From Leidyana gryllorum EB-2025a (Eukaryota > Protista > Apicomplexa): DNA of 26,145 nt. Under the pieces are notes generated by a model. That model did no database searches. It saw nothing but the letters and a program-made list of their open reading frames with translations, and was not told the DNA's origin. Where the stretch lies: assembly GCA_048772705.1 (NCBI GenBank), contig JBLWGC010000107.1, forward strand, positions 1-26,145, written 5' to 3'. Of this stretch, positions 1 to 9,374 are shown in pieces. Within the stretch, counting starts at the first letter, position 1. Every line of letters starts with the position of its first letter. The position numbers and the translations under genes were made by a program.

Positions 1-203
1 CTTCAATGCCTCATACAGTTGCCGCTGCCAGTGCAAATATTTTGCGTGTTTTTTCTTCTCGTCATCCTTAACCCGTTCAAGTCTCATCGAAATTTTTACG
101 CAAATTTTGCGCGATTCTACCAATGTCGTCACCCTTATCTCGTTACAAATTTTTTTGTAAATACAAAGTTGCCACCAGTTTTTTGTATCGCTTAAGATTG
201 ACC

Positions 204-1299
204 ATGGCACAGAAAGCCCTTTGTGACGCACCCACTGAAGCTCAAGGTGAGGCTCTGGCCCTTCCCAGCGTACCAACGACGCTCAACATGGAAGCCTCGA
301 GCAACACTGAGCTCGAAGAAGAGACCATCGAGGCCACGCCTCCCGAGTCGCCCCCCAACAGCCCTGCTACCCCCTCTACCCAGCCCGCTGAAAGTTCGCC
401 CCCTTCTCTGACACAGGTAAGTCCCCTCCAAAGCCCCTCCGAGCCCGAAGCCCCTGTGGAAGCGACAACCACAATGGTTGTGAGGGCTCCGACGCGGTCC
501 TACCTCACCGAAGCCGCCTCGACAGCAAGCCCTCCGCTCTCCCAGCCGCTCGGGCTTGGACAGAGACCACCCACCGTCTCGACGGCTCCACCGGCGCCTC
601 CCAACTCCCCCCCTTCTTCCCCCTGCGGCAGCTTCTCCCCCCTCATCCCTACTCAAAGACGAACGGTTGGTTGAGGATATCATCCACAATCACACTGTTC
701 CTCTTCGAACACCTCTCTCCCACCCACCGGGTCACCAAGCATACATGGAACCCATCCCCCTTCAAGGGAGCTCTGCTCGGGCTCGCTCTCAAGCCCTTGA
801 CGCACCCATTGCCACACATGGCGTGCCCATTTGGGGTGAACCCGCAGTTCAGCAGGCTAAGAGGCTCAAGGATCGACACAAGAGGAAGATTGAAGAGCTG
901 AAGCAAGCGATGGAGGTGGAGATGTTCCACATACAGAACATCGACCGCCACCTCCAGTTGCAAATGGAACTGCGAACCCTCCAATGGCGTCATCAACAAG
1001 CCATGTACAACCCATATATGGGCATCGGCAACTCCCACGAGCTCGCCCCATACAGTGTGCTACCGTCAGGAGTTCCTACCCCCTTTTACGGACCTCCTCA
1101 GCTGTATTACGGAGGTCCGAACCCTTTTTACCCCCCTACGTTGGCTACTGCTCCCCCTTCTCTCTCTCCCACTCTCACTGCGGCTGTTAGCAATCCACCA
1201 CCGCAAGCAAGGGCAACACCCCGCGCTGGAATAAGGGTTACGACTCACGAACAGGGAGACAGACAGCAAGTTTTTTCGAACCCAACAAACAATCAATAA
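204..1299 (+). pseudogene. Orphan Pro/Ser/Thr-rich protein with central coiled-coil, probably one gene split by a 1-nt frameshift (or an intron)
   Basis: ORFs 123..674 (ATG at 204) and 556..1299 overlap. Removing one C from the C-run near 619-623 joins PPNSPPSSP to AAASPPSSLLKDE. Helical segment QQAKRLKDRHKRKIEELKQAMEVE. A CAG|GTAAGT donor-like site lies at 414-422. No family recognised. Confidence 0.45.
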
Positions 1300-1483
1300 A
1301 GTTTTTCTAGCAACCCAATACATACTAAACATGCCACCAATAACCCTCGCAAACCTCACACACTGCGCACACGGTAAGCTGTGGCTCTTCCCTACCCGAT
1401 GCACATCTCTGTAGAATGCTATCACACTTGTAGCACCCTTCTACACGGTCTACGACATGATTAATGTCTTACACATCTATAAT

Positions 1484-2431
1484 ACTTGTTTGGCACATGT
1501 TTGCTACTTGTTTGTCACGTGTCTGCTACTTGTTTGTCACATGTTTGCTACTTGTTTGCCACCTGTTTGCAACATGTTTGGCAGTCGTGAGCGACAAACT
1601 TGACACTTGTTTGTAACATGTTTGCTACTTGTTTGTCACATGTTTGCTACTTGTTTGTCACATGTTTGCTACTTGTTTGTCACATGTTTGCTACTTGTTT
1701 GTCACATGTTTTCTACTTGTTTGCCACCTGTTTGCAACATGTTTGGCAGTCGTGAGCGACAAACTTGACACTTGTTTGTAACATGTTTGCTACTTGTTTG
1801 TCACATGTTTGATACTTGTTTGTCACATGTTTGATACTTGTTTGTCACATGTTTGATACTTGTTTGTCACTTGTTTGTTACATGTTCATTACCTCTTTCA
1901 CACTTGTCTACCACATGTTTGCGACATGTGTGGTACTTGTTTGACACTTGTCTAGCACATGTTTGCGACATGTTTAGCAGTTCTTTGACACTTGTTTGCG
2001 ACATGTTTGCGGCATGTTTGCGACATGTTTGCGACACCTTTGCGACATGTTTGCGACATGTTTGCGACATATTTGCTACTTGTTTGCCACATGTTTGCCA
2101 CTTGTGAGCGACAAACTTCACACTTGTTTCCAACATGTTTGCTACTTGTTTGTCACATCTTTGATACTTGTTTGTCACTTGTTTCCGACATACTTGACAC
2201 TTGTTCGCAACATATTTGCTACTTGTTTGACACATGTTCGTGCCATTTTTGATACTTCTTTCACACATGTTTGCGACATACTTGGCACTTGTTTGCGACT
2301 TGTTTGCCACTTGTTTCCAACATGTTTGCTACTTGTTTGAAACTTGTTTCCCACATACTTGACACTTGTTTGCGACTTGTTTACCACTTGTTTGCCATTT
2401 GTTTGCCACTTGTTTGCAACATGTTTGGCAC
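1484..2431 (+). repeat. Minisatellite, 11-bp unit ACWTGTTTGNN (22-bp dimer ACTTGTTTGTC-ACATGTTTGCT)
   Basis: Directly visible tandem array. Variant block GCAGTCGTGAGCGACAAAC recurs at 1581 and 1746 (165 bp = 15 units). Confidence 0.97.
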
Positions 2432-4324
2432 TTCGTGGACCCCGATGAACCGTTTCAGGTAACAACAGACGCAAGTCTCACTGGTATAGGAGCATCCTTG
2501 GAACAAATCCAAGATGGAGAAACGATAGTGATCGAGCACTTCAGCAAGACACTCTCTCCATGCGAACAAAGGTGGCCCACCCATGAGCGCGAACTATTCG
2601 CACTATACAGCGCGTTCAAGAGATGGAAGTACTATTTAATGAACAAACCGTTTCTGGCACGCACCGACCATAAACCCCTCAGCACCCTCCTGGAACTTAA
2701 GGAGCTCAAACCCAAGATCACTCGATGGCTAATCAAAATGAGCCAATTTCCCGCGAAGATCGACTACATACCCGGAGCTGATAATCTACTTGCAGACCTT
2801 TTGAGCAGAAGCGAACAAACCACCTACCCGAAACTCAAAGAGGTACTCATGAACACCGCCGATACCCCAACCCAGCAGCTCGCGGTGACTCCGACCATGA
2901 ACTTCACCGACAGGCTGAAGGAAGCTTCCACCCTCAACCCATACCCAACTCAGAACTACACACTACACGAAGGACTATGGTTTAACGAAGAAGGCCGGAT
3001 CCTAATACCCCCAGGACCACTGCGGAAAGAAGCACTCTTCGAGTATCACTCATCACCCCTAGCAGGCCACCTCGCCTACACTCGAACCCTCCAGAAGCTT
3101 TCCGCGGTATTCACATGGCCGGGCATGAGCCAAGACGTCAGAGATTATTGCAGACACTGCCTCACCTGTCAGACCTCCAAAGCCTCGAACCAACTGCCAC
3201 TCGGACTACTGAATCCCATCACCCCACCGACCTTACCCTGGGAAGCAATCTCAATAGACCTCGTCTCACTTCCACCCGACCGACGCACCGGCTACGACTG
3301 CCTCTTCGTAGCTATCGATCGCCTGACCAAAAGAATCATACTCGAACCGTGTACTCATAGCGCTTCGGCCGAAGACTGTGCCGAATTCCTCTTCAAAAGG
3401 GTCGTCAGGGAAAAGGGCTTTCCCGCCCGAATCGTGGGCGACAGAGACCCAAGGTGGCTTTCCGACGTATGGACCCACCTCCTGGCACAAAGCGGTACCA
3501 AGCTCTCACTGAGTACAACCCAACACCCGCAAACGAACGGCGCCGTCGAACGGTCGCACCGAACAATAATCCAAATCCTGAGAGCCGCCTGCAACGAGCT
3601 GACCGACGACTGGTATCAGTACCTCACCTGCACCGAAATAGCGTTCAACCTCACCCCGAACGCGTCAACAGGTATATGCCCGTTCGAAGCCGAACTCGGT
3701 TTCATACCTCGCCACCCAATCACGATCAACCTCCCACCAACCCTCCCCAGCCTGCACTTGTACACAGAAAAGATAGCCACCATGCGCGACCGAATGACCG
3801 CCGCTGGCGACCGCCAAAAAGCCCAACACGACCAGAGAAGGCGCGACCATCAGTTCGAGGTAGGGCAACTCACATTACTGCAGACGAAGGGCCTGAGAGG
3901 CCTACCACAAGACAAGTTACGGCGTCCTTTCTGCGGTCCCTACAAGATACTCGCGAAACTGGACGCAGACGTATACGAGCTGGACCTACCCAAAGGCTGG
4001 AGATGCTTTAGACGCTTCCACGTCTCTCGGTTGAAAGCATTCATCCGCGAAGCTGAGACCACACCCGACCCAATTTACATGATGGAATCAGTACAAGGAG
4101 AGAGAGACCAAGCAACCCCAGGAGGAAAGGAGTGGCTCGTCAAATGGAGCGGCTACAGCGACACCGAGAACACCTGGGAAACACTCAAGACCATCAAAGA
4201 AGCACAAGCAGAAGACCTGGTCATAGACTACAGAGTCAAATGGAATCAGAAACATCCCCCTCACCAGCACTACACTACAGACGAGATCGCAGGAAGAGAC
4301 CTCACTGACCGGGGAGGAGTGTAA
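2432..4324 (+). pseudogene. pol: Element B pol 3' half: RNase H, integrase (HHCC, DDE, GPY/F), chromodomain
   Basis: VTTDAS, HERELFAL, RTDHKPL, ADLLSR; H..GH..CRHCLTCQ; ISIDL, IVGDRD, QTNGAVER; GPYKI; EWLVKWSGYSDTENTWE. The first 22 codons of the ORF track call are satellite. Confidence 0.95.
4311..4319 (+). promoter_or_regulatory. Polypurine tract of element B
   Basis: GGGGAGGAG directly before the LTR start TGTAAG. Confidence 0.85.
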
Positions 4325-4500
4325 GGTACACTGTAAGTACACACACACACTCACTCGGGTTTTCCTAGGAGGGCGGGCAGACACAGACATAGACGGACAG
4401 AAAACAGGGAGATAGAGTAGGATGGTGAAACGCACTCAGAGGTCCCCGGTACAAACGACCGTAACGCCGAATCTAGAGGATGACGGCCCAGACTCTTACA
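4320..4500 (+). repeat. 3' LTR of element B (181 bp, TG...CA)
   Basis: Matches the reverse complement of 7282-7463 with about 2 substitutions and 1 indel seen by eye. Confidence 0.95.
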
Positions 4501-4664
4501 ATTAGCATAGTGAACCAATTGTATCAATATTACGAGTGATTGCTTGTGAGTAAGATGTAGGACGACAATGGAATGCGTTAATGCGGGGGAGGAGAGAAGA
4601 ATTGAAAGTAAAGTTGTAAGCTTAGTGGAACAGAATGAAAGTAGTATATGGCTTACGAACTACT

Positions 4665-4913
4665 CGCAGAGTAGTCGCAAACAAGGAGCAAACATCTCGC
4701 AAAGAACTGGCAAACCAGTCGCAAACAGGTGTCAAGAAAGTCGCAAACAAGTGGGAAACATGTGGCAAACAAGTTTGAAACAAGTGTCAAGTGAGTGGCA
4801 AACATGTGGCAAACAAGTAGCAAGTGAGTGGCAAACATGTGTCAAACAAGTAGGAAGTGAGTGGCAAAGATGTGGCAAACAAGTAGCAAACATGTGACAA
4901 ACAAGTGTCAAGT
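4665..4913 (-). repeat. Displaced, inverted continuation of the 11-bp minisatellite
   Basis: GCAAACAAGT/GCAAACATGT units are the reverse complement of the 1484-2431 array and degenerate toward ~4665. The left boundary is approximate. Confidence 0.92.
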
Positions 4914-6452
4914 CCCGAGTTTCAGGTCGGGTCGGAAGGCTGCGGTGAGGTCAGACCATTGCCCTAATAATTCGGGCGTCCAGTCGATATTTTTGCTCGA
5001 TTTTTTGTGTGTGCGTGTCAGTGCGTGGAGGTCGTTGGTAAGTTGGGCGAAGTTGGGTACGAACCGGGCGTAGTATGTCATTGCTCCTAGGTGTTTCTGG
5101 AGGTCGTGGACGGTGTGAGGTGGTCGGAGTTTGCGGAAGCAGTCCAGTCGTTGAGGTTCGGGTTTGAGGCCGTTGTGTGTGAGTGAGTGGCCGATGAATT
5201 CGACTTCTTTGATACAGAAGTGGGATTTGCGTGGGTGGATGTATAGTTGGTGTTCCTGGAGTGCCGAGAGGACTTTGTCGATGTGTTCCCGGTGCGTTTG
5301 TATATCTGTGCTATAGATCAAGATGTCGTCGATGTAGGCGAAGACGAAGTGGCCGATATAGGGCTTGAGTATCTCGGTAATGAATGCGACGAATGCGCTT
5401 GGTGCGTTTTTCAGTCCGAAGGGCATTACGTTGTATTCGTACTTCCCTAGTGGTGTTTGGAAGGCTGTGAAATGTCGTGATCCTTCTTCAATGAGTATCT
5501 GGTGGAAGCCTGACTGGAGGTCCAGTTTTGTGAAGACTGTGGCTCCCCGCATCTTAATGAGCATTTCTTCGATCCGCGGGAGTGGGTACGCGTAAAATTC
5601 CGTTCGGGCGTTGAGTCGTCGGTAGTTGACCACTAGTCGGGGTACTGGGGTGTCTTTCTTTGGTACTAGAAAGCAAGGTGAGCCCCACGCCGACTTGGAT
5701 GGTCGTATCATTCCTTTGGTGAGTAGATCCTCGATTTGTCGTTCTATCTCTTCGGAATCCGCTGATTTCAGGCTATATGGTTTGGCGCTGAACGGTTCCG
5801 CGGGTGTTGTTTTAATTTGGAAGTCGTGGAAACCTCTCGGTGGCGGGAGTCTTTGCGGCGTGGTGAAGAGCGTGGAGTATTTGTCAACGATCCATCCTTC
5901 CTCTGGCGGGATCTTGATGCATTGTTGGTCTGGTTTGGGGTCTTGTTGAGTGGTACTGAGCATGCACTGTGCCGGGATAATGTGGTTCTCAACCACTACT
6001 GGCTGTCCGTGGGTGTTGGTGCCGACGGCGAGTCCTGCTTGGGCAAAGCTCGGTAGCCCGATCACTGCGTCTAATCCATTAAGGTTGATGACGTGTAGTG
6101 TTAGATTTAGTGCCTTTCTTCCCGTTGTGAGTATCGTGGCTTGGACTGTACCCGCTGAAGTTGTGCTTCCTACTCCTGTTATCTTTATCGCTTCGTGCTG
6201 GTCTGGTTGGAGTTGGAGCCTTCTGGCTATGTGTTCTCCCAGCAGGTTGATCTCTGCTCCGCTGTCGGCTAATGTCAGGATGGGAGTGAGCTTGTGGTCG
6301 TTCTGAATGTGCCACCTAACTATTGCTCGTCGTTCTCTTCCATTCGTGTTGTTCCATAGCCACGCACTTGCTGTGGCTGTTGTCATTTCTCCCTTCGACT
6401 CGGGGCCTATTGTGCGGGTCGGGAGCGTTTCCGCGGCCTCTAGCGAAAATCC
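4914..6452 (-). pseudogene. pol: Element B pol 5' half: aspartic protease and reverse transcriptase, truncated at the inversion breakpoint
   Basis: LADSGAEIN; SAWGSPCFLVPKK, VVNYRRLN, TKLDLQSGFHQI, MPFGLKNAP, AYIDDILIYS. Confidence 0.95.
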
Positions 6453-7360
6453 TGAGTCAGCGTCGCTGCTTCGGTGATTCGCTCTTCCTCGTTCTCTCTT
6501 TCGCTGGCGAGGAAGGCTCGTCTCTGTGGTCCTGACGGGTTTCTGGGGTGTTGTCGCCTCAGTGGGCACTGTGGTGTTATGTGTCCGGGTTTGCCGCATA
6601 CGTAACAGAGTCCGTTCTTGCGGCAGTGGTCGCGTGTGTGTCGGTTGGTGGGTCTGGTCCATCCGGGGTAGGATTGGTGGGTATGGCTCGGTCTCATCGT
6701 TGCTTCGCGTCCTGTGATCATCACTCGTGTTGTTGGTTGTCGGTTTCGGCGCTAGGCTAGTTCGATGATGCATTGGGCCGCCTCCTCGAAGTCGCTCGGT
6801 TTTCTGGCGAGGAGTAGGGCCTGTTCGAAGTCTGGGAGTGCGTTTATGAAGATCTCCAAGCAGTCGGAGTCGGTGAGGTTGTGTATGCCCCTTCGTAAGT
6901 CGCGGGCTGTTCTGACGTATTCTTCGAGCCTCTCGGGGTGGGCCCGTAGGTTCAGGAACTGGGTGAGGTCAGTCTTTCCTGTGTCCGCAAACTCTCTGAG
7001 GAATTTCTCCTTGAAGTGTGGCCAGCTTGTCTCTCTAAGGCTATCACCGTTGCCTGGTCTATTCAGCCATTTGGTGGCGGATCCTTTCAGTGTGGCGCAG
7101 GCTATTCGGGTCTTGTCGGTTTCCTCTATCTGGAGGTTTCCGAATGCTGCTTCCAGTTCCTCGAGGTGTTGTCGTGGGTTTCCAGTGGCGTCGTAGCTGG
7201 CTACGAGTTGAGTGACCCATCTTATCCGCTTGAACAGGTGTTCGCAATTGTCGGTTCGTTGGAGTTTCGCACTGCTACCAGTGTAAGAGTCTGGGCCGTC
7301 ATCCTCTAGATTCGGCCTTACGGTCGTTTGTACCGGGGACCTCTGAGTGCGTTTCACCAT
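6440..7360 (-). pseudogene. gag: Element B gag with CCHC zinc knuckle, one in-frame TAG at 6752-6754
   Basis: ORFs 6752..7360 and 6440..6724 are in the same frame. Capsid-like LKGSATKW..SWPHFKEKFLREF; CYVCGKPGHITPQC. Confidence 0.9.
7268..7280 (-). promoter_or_regulatory. Primer binding site of element B (TGGTAGCAGTGCG), probably initiator tRNA-Met
   Basis: Begins 1 nt after the 5' LTR end with TGG, complementary to tRNA CCA. Confidence 0.85.
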
Positions 7361-7463
7361 CCTACTCTATCTCCCTGTTTTCTATCCGTCTATGTCTGTG
7401 TCTGCCCGCCCTCCTAGGAAAACCCGAGTGAGTGTGTGTGTGTACTTTACAGTGTACCTTACA
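7282..7463 (-). repeat. 5' LTR of element B (182 bp), contains the gag ATG at 7360
   Basis: Pair of 4320-4500; followed by the PBS. Confidence 0.95.
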
Positions 7464-7493
7464 CTAATTACCAGGTACGTGAAGACACTTCTC

Positions 7494-7588
7494 CTAACTG
7501 CTACCTTCTCCTCCCTCTCTATCTGTATCTCCTTCATCCTCCCTTACTGGACTCTGCTCTCCACCTCCCTCAGTAGCCCCGACCTTTC
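7494..7588 (-). pseudogene. Detached 3' end (31 codons + TAG) of the backbone gene at 17459-18725
   Basis: After removing element C and one CTTC copy the frame continues MPE-GKVGATEGGGEQSPVREDEGDTDREGGEGSS*. Confidence 0.75.
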
Positions 7589-7592
7589 CTTC

Positions 7593-7827
7593 TGTAAGTC
7601 TGGGGTTCTTCTGGGGCCGGTGCCTTGGCAGTTCTCTTAGCCTTCAAGGCAAATGATCTGGGAAGTATACTGGGCCAGTTGGTTCGTCTGGTCATGGTAA
7701 ATCCAGTTAACTAGTTGCGTGCGTGTGCTGTGTTTGTACCCACCGTGTCTCCGGCCGGGCGGTTAGTTACGTCATGCATATTAAAAAGGGTGGTTTCACA
7801 AGCTATCTGAGAGGTGTAATCCTTACA
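7593..7827 (-). repeat. 3' LTR of element C (235 bp)
   Basis: Direct repeat of 17224-17458 with about 2 substitutions; PPT GAGGGGAGGAG adjacent. Confidence 0.95.
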
Positions 7828-8816
7828 CTCCTCCCCTCGCCATTAGATCTTGACCTGATAGTTCTTCGTCTGTGAAAGGTACCCCCCGTTTCGTTCGATT
7901 CCACTCTTCTCTGTATGCAATGATGAGATCTAGCGCATCGGCGTCAAGTACGTTGTGGGCCGGTTCCCATGTGGCCTGCTCGTGTGGGTAATCTGTCCAC
8001 TTTATGAGGAATCGTAGTCCATGTCGGTCGTTGCTCTGAGCCAGTACCTTCTCCATTTGGAATATCTCCCCTGCTTCCTCTTCTTCGCCGCCAGTGTATT
8101 TCTTGAGTCTGGATATATGGAACTTATTCAGGCCCTGCCAGGCTTGTGGCATCGCTAGCTCGTATACGTCGGTCTCTAATACTCGTTTCACTCTGACTGG
8201 TCCCATGTACGCTTTCGTTAGTTTGTGTCGGGGTCCTCTCTTAAGTCCCTGGGTCCTGAGAAGGACTAGTTCTCCGACCTCGAACGATTCGTTGGCCCTG
8301 TGGCGGTCGTACGCGAGCTTCTGTTTGGACTGAGCCTGTCGGATGCGGTCCTGCATTATGCTGATCGACTGTGAGTGTAGCGTGAGTTCCGCGGTGGGCC
8401 CGGGGTCAAGTCCGAGATTGAGAGGGATCTTGGGGATGTATCCTCTCTCCGCTTCGAAAGGACTTATACCTGTTGACGCATTTGGCATTGCGTTGTACGC
8501 AAATTCGATGGCGGCTAGTCGAGTGGTCCATCTGGGGCCCACGTCCTCGCACACACAACGAAGCATTTGGATGACAGTTCGGTGTCCCCTTTCCAGTAGC
8601 CCGTTAGTTTGAGGGTGTGCTGCAGTAGTGGCTTTCAGAGTGATCGCGGCTGATTCGCAAAGTTGCTTCCACAGCTCGTTGAGCCACCGCGAGTCCCTGT
8701 CACGTACTATGACCGATGGGAATCCGTGTTCCCTAACGACTCTATTCATGAGTATGTTGGCGCAGTCTTTCGCCGTTGCGGTGATATAGCACGGCTCTAG
8801 GAGTAGTCTCCGCGTC
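7823..8816 (-). pseudogene. pol: Element C pol 3' segment: integrase core, GPY/F-like region, chromodomain
   Basis: In-frame continuation IIDRL|TRRLLLEPC; RDRDSRW, HPQTNGLLER, RFLIKWTDYPHEQATWEP; ends RGGV* in the LTR. Confidence 0.93.
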
Positions 8817-8944
8817 AGTCTTGTTGTGCTCCAGTGTGCAGCTTAGACGTGCGTGTACGACGCTGTGGGGCCTCCTGGGGGCTCCCCCACCCGTCCTCCA
8901 TCCTCGACCTGCCCTCACCCGTCACCTGGGGGTCTTGGCACAGT

Positions 8945-9016
8945 TGTCCGAGGTGGGATTCGATCCGCCGACCTGCGGGTCCCAAGTCCGAGTAGTTACC
9001 ACTGCACTACTGGATC
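8945..9016 (-). ncRNA. Degenerate tRNA-like unit 2 in G1 (Pol III type-2 promoter)
   Basis: A box TAGTGCAGTGG and B box GGATCGAATCC at tRNA spacing; acceptor stem imperfect. Confidence 0.65.
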
Positions 9017-9068
9017 ACAATACTAAGGGCAGCCATGTGCCGGTCGAGGTGGCTAGCCAAGGGCGAAG

Positions 9069-9141
9069 TGCAGGGCCGTGGATTCGATCCTGCGACCTCC
9101 AGGTTGCGAGCACAAGACACTTCCCATTGCACTAACTGGTA
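9069..9141 (-). ncRNA. Degenerate tRNA-like unit 1 in G1 (initiator-Met-like)
   Basis: A box TAGTGCAATGG; B box GGATCGAATCC. Confidence 0.65.
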
Positions 9142-9151
9142 CACCACAACA

Positions 9152-9364
9152 TGTAGTGTTGCTCTAATGGTCTGTCTACGGTTCGTCCTGATCTAAGTTC
9201 GGTCGGCATGCACAGTTCTGATCACTAAAAGGTAAGCCGGTTCAAAAGGGTAAGTCTATCTGTGTGTGTCCGTGTCTCCGTGCCGGCTGCCGGCCGGCCC
9301 CCCCGGAGACACAGACATGTTGTCCCCAGACTAGCTGCGGCTAGATGGGTACTGAAGCGCTACA
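9152..9364 (-). repeat. 3' LTR of element D (213 bp)
   Basis: Direct repeat of 13829-14041; TG...CA. Confidence 0.95.
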
Positions 9365-9374
9365 TCCCTCCCTC

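Larger units (their letters stand above)
2432..7463. mobile_element. Element B: Ty3/Gypsy chromodomain LTR retrotransposon, internally inverted (5' half minus 7463->4914; 3' half plus 2432->4500)
   Basis: Near-identical LTRs in opposite orientation. TSD ATTAG at 4501-4505 and its reverse complement CTAAT at 7464-7468. Pol halves rejoin as DLKLG|FVDPDEPFQVTTDAS. Confidence 0.93.
8822..9151 (-). mobile_element. G1: 330-bp non-coding LTR-like element with two tRNA-like units (deletion derivative of G2)
   Basis: Termini TGTTGTG/CACAACA; TSD AGTCT at 8817-8821 and 14047-14051; equals the reverse complement of 24485-24805 joined to 25109-25117. Confidence 0.9.

Noticed and set aside
1484-2431. CRISPR-like or telomeric array
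   Set aside because: No unique spacers, no cas genes, eukaryotic TE context, and the unit is degenerate and internal.
1484-2431. p53 half-site (CWWG) or forkhead (TGTTTG) arrays in the satellite
   Set aside because: Matches are short and imperfect and the host is unknown, so a specific factor cannot be supported.
1838-2474. Several Cys/His-rich ORFs on both strands (also 4568-4897)
   Set aside because: They are translations of the 11-bp satellite, which is poor in stop codons; no evidence of coding.
4503-4513. A-box-like TAGCATAGTGA just downstream of element B (possible third Pol III target)
   Set aside because: No B box at suitable spacing.
4320-7463. DIRS-like or DNA transposon with ~180-bp terminal inverted repeats
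   Set aside because: The repeats are LTRs with PBS, PPT and a matching TSD, the element has a DDE integrase, and the orientation is explained by one inversion.
8821-9135. 104/105-aa ORF duplicated at 24501-24818
   Set aside because: It is an antisense reading of the GC-rich tRNA-like cassette with a non-ATG start; identity reflects the repeat.
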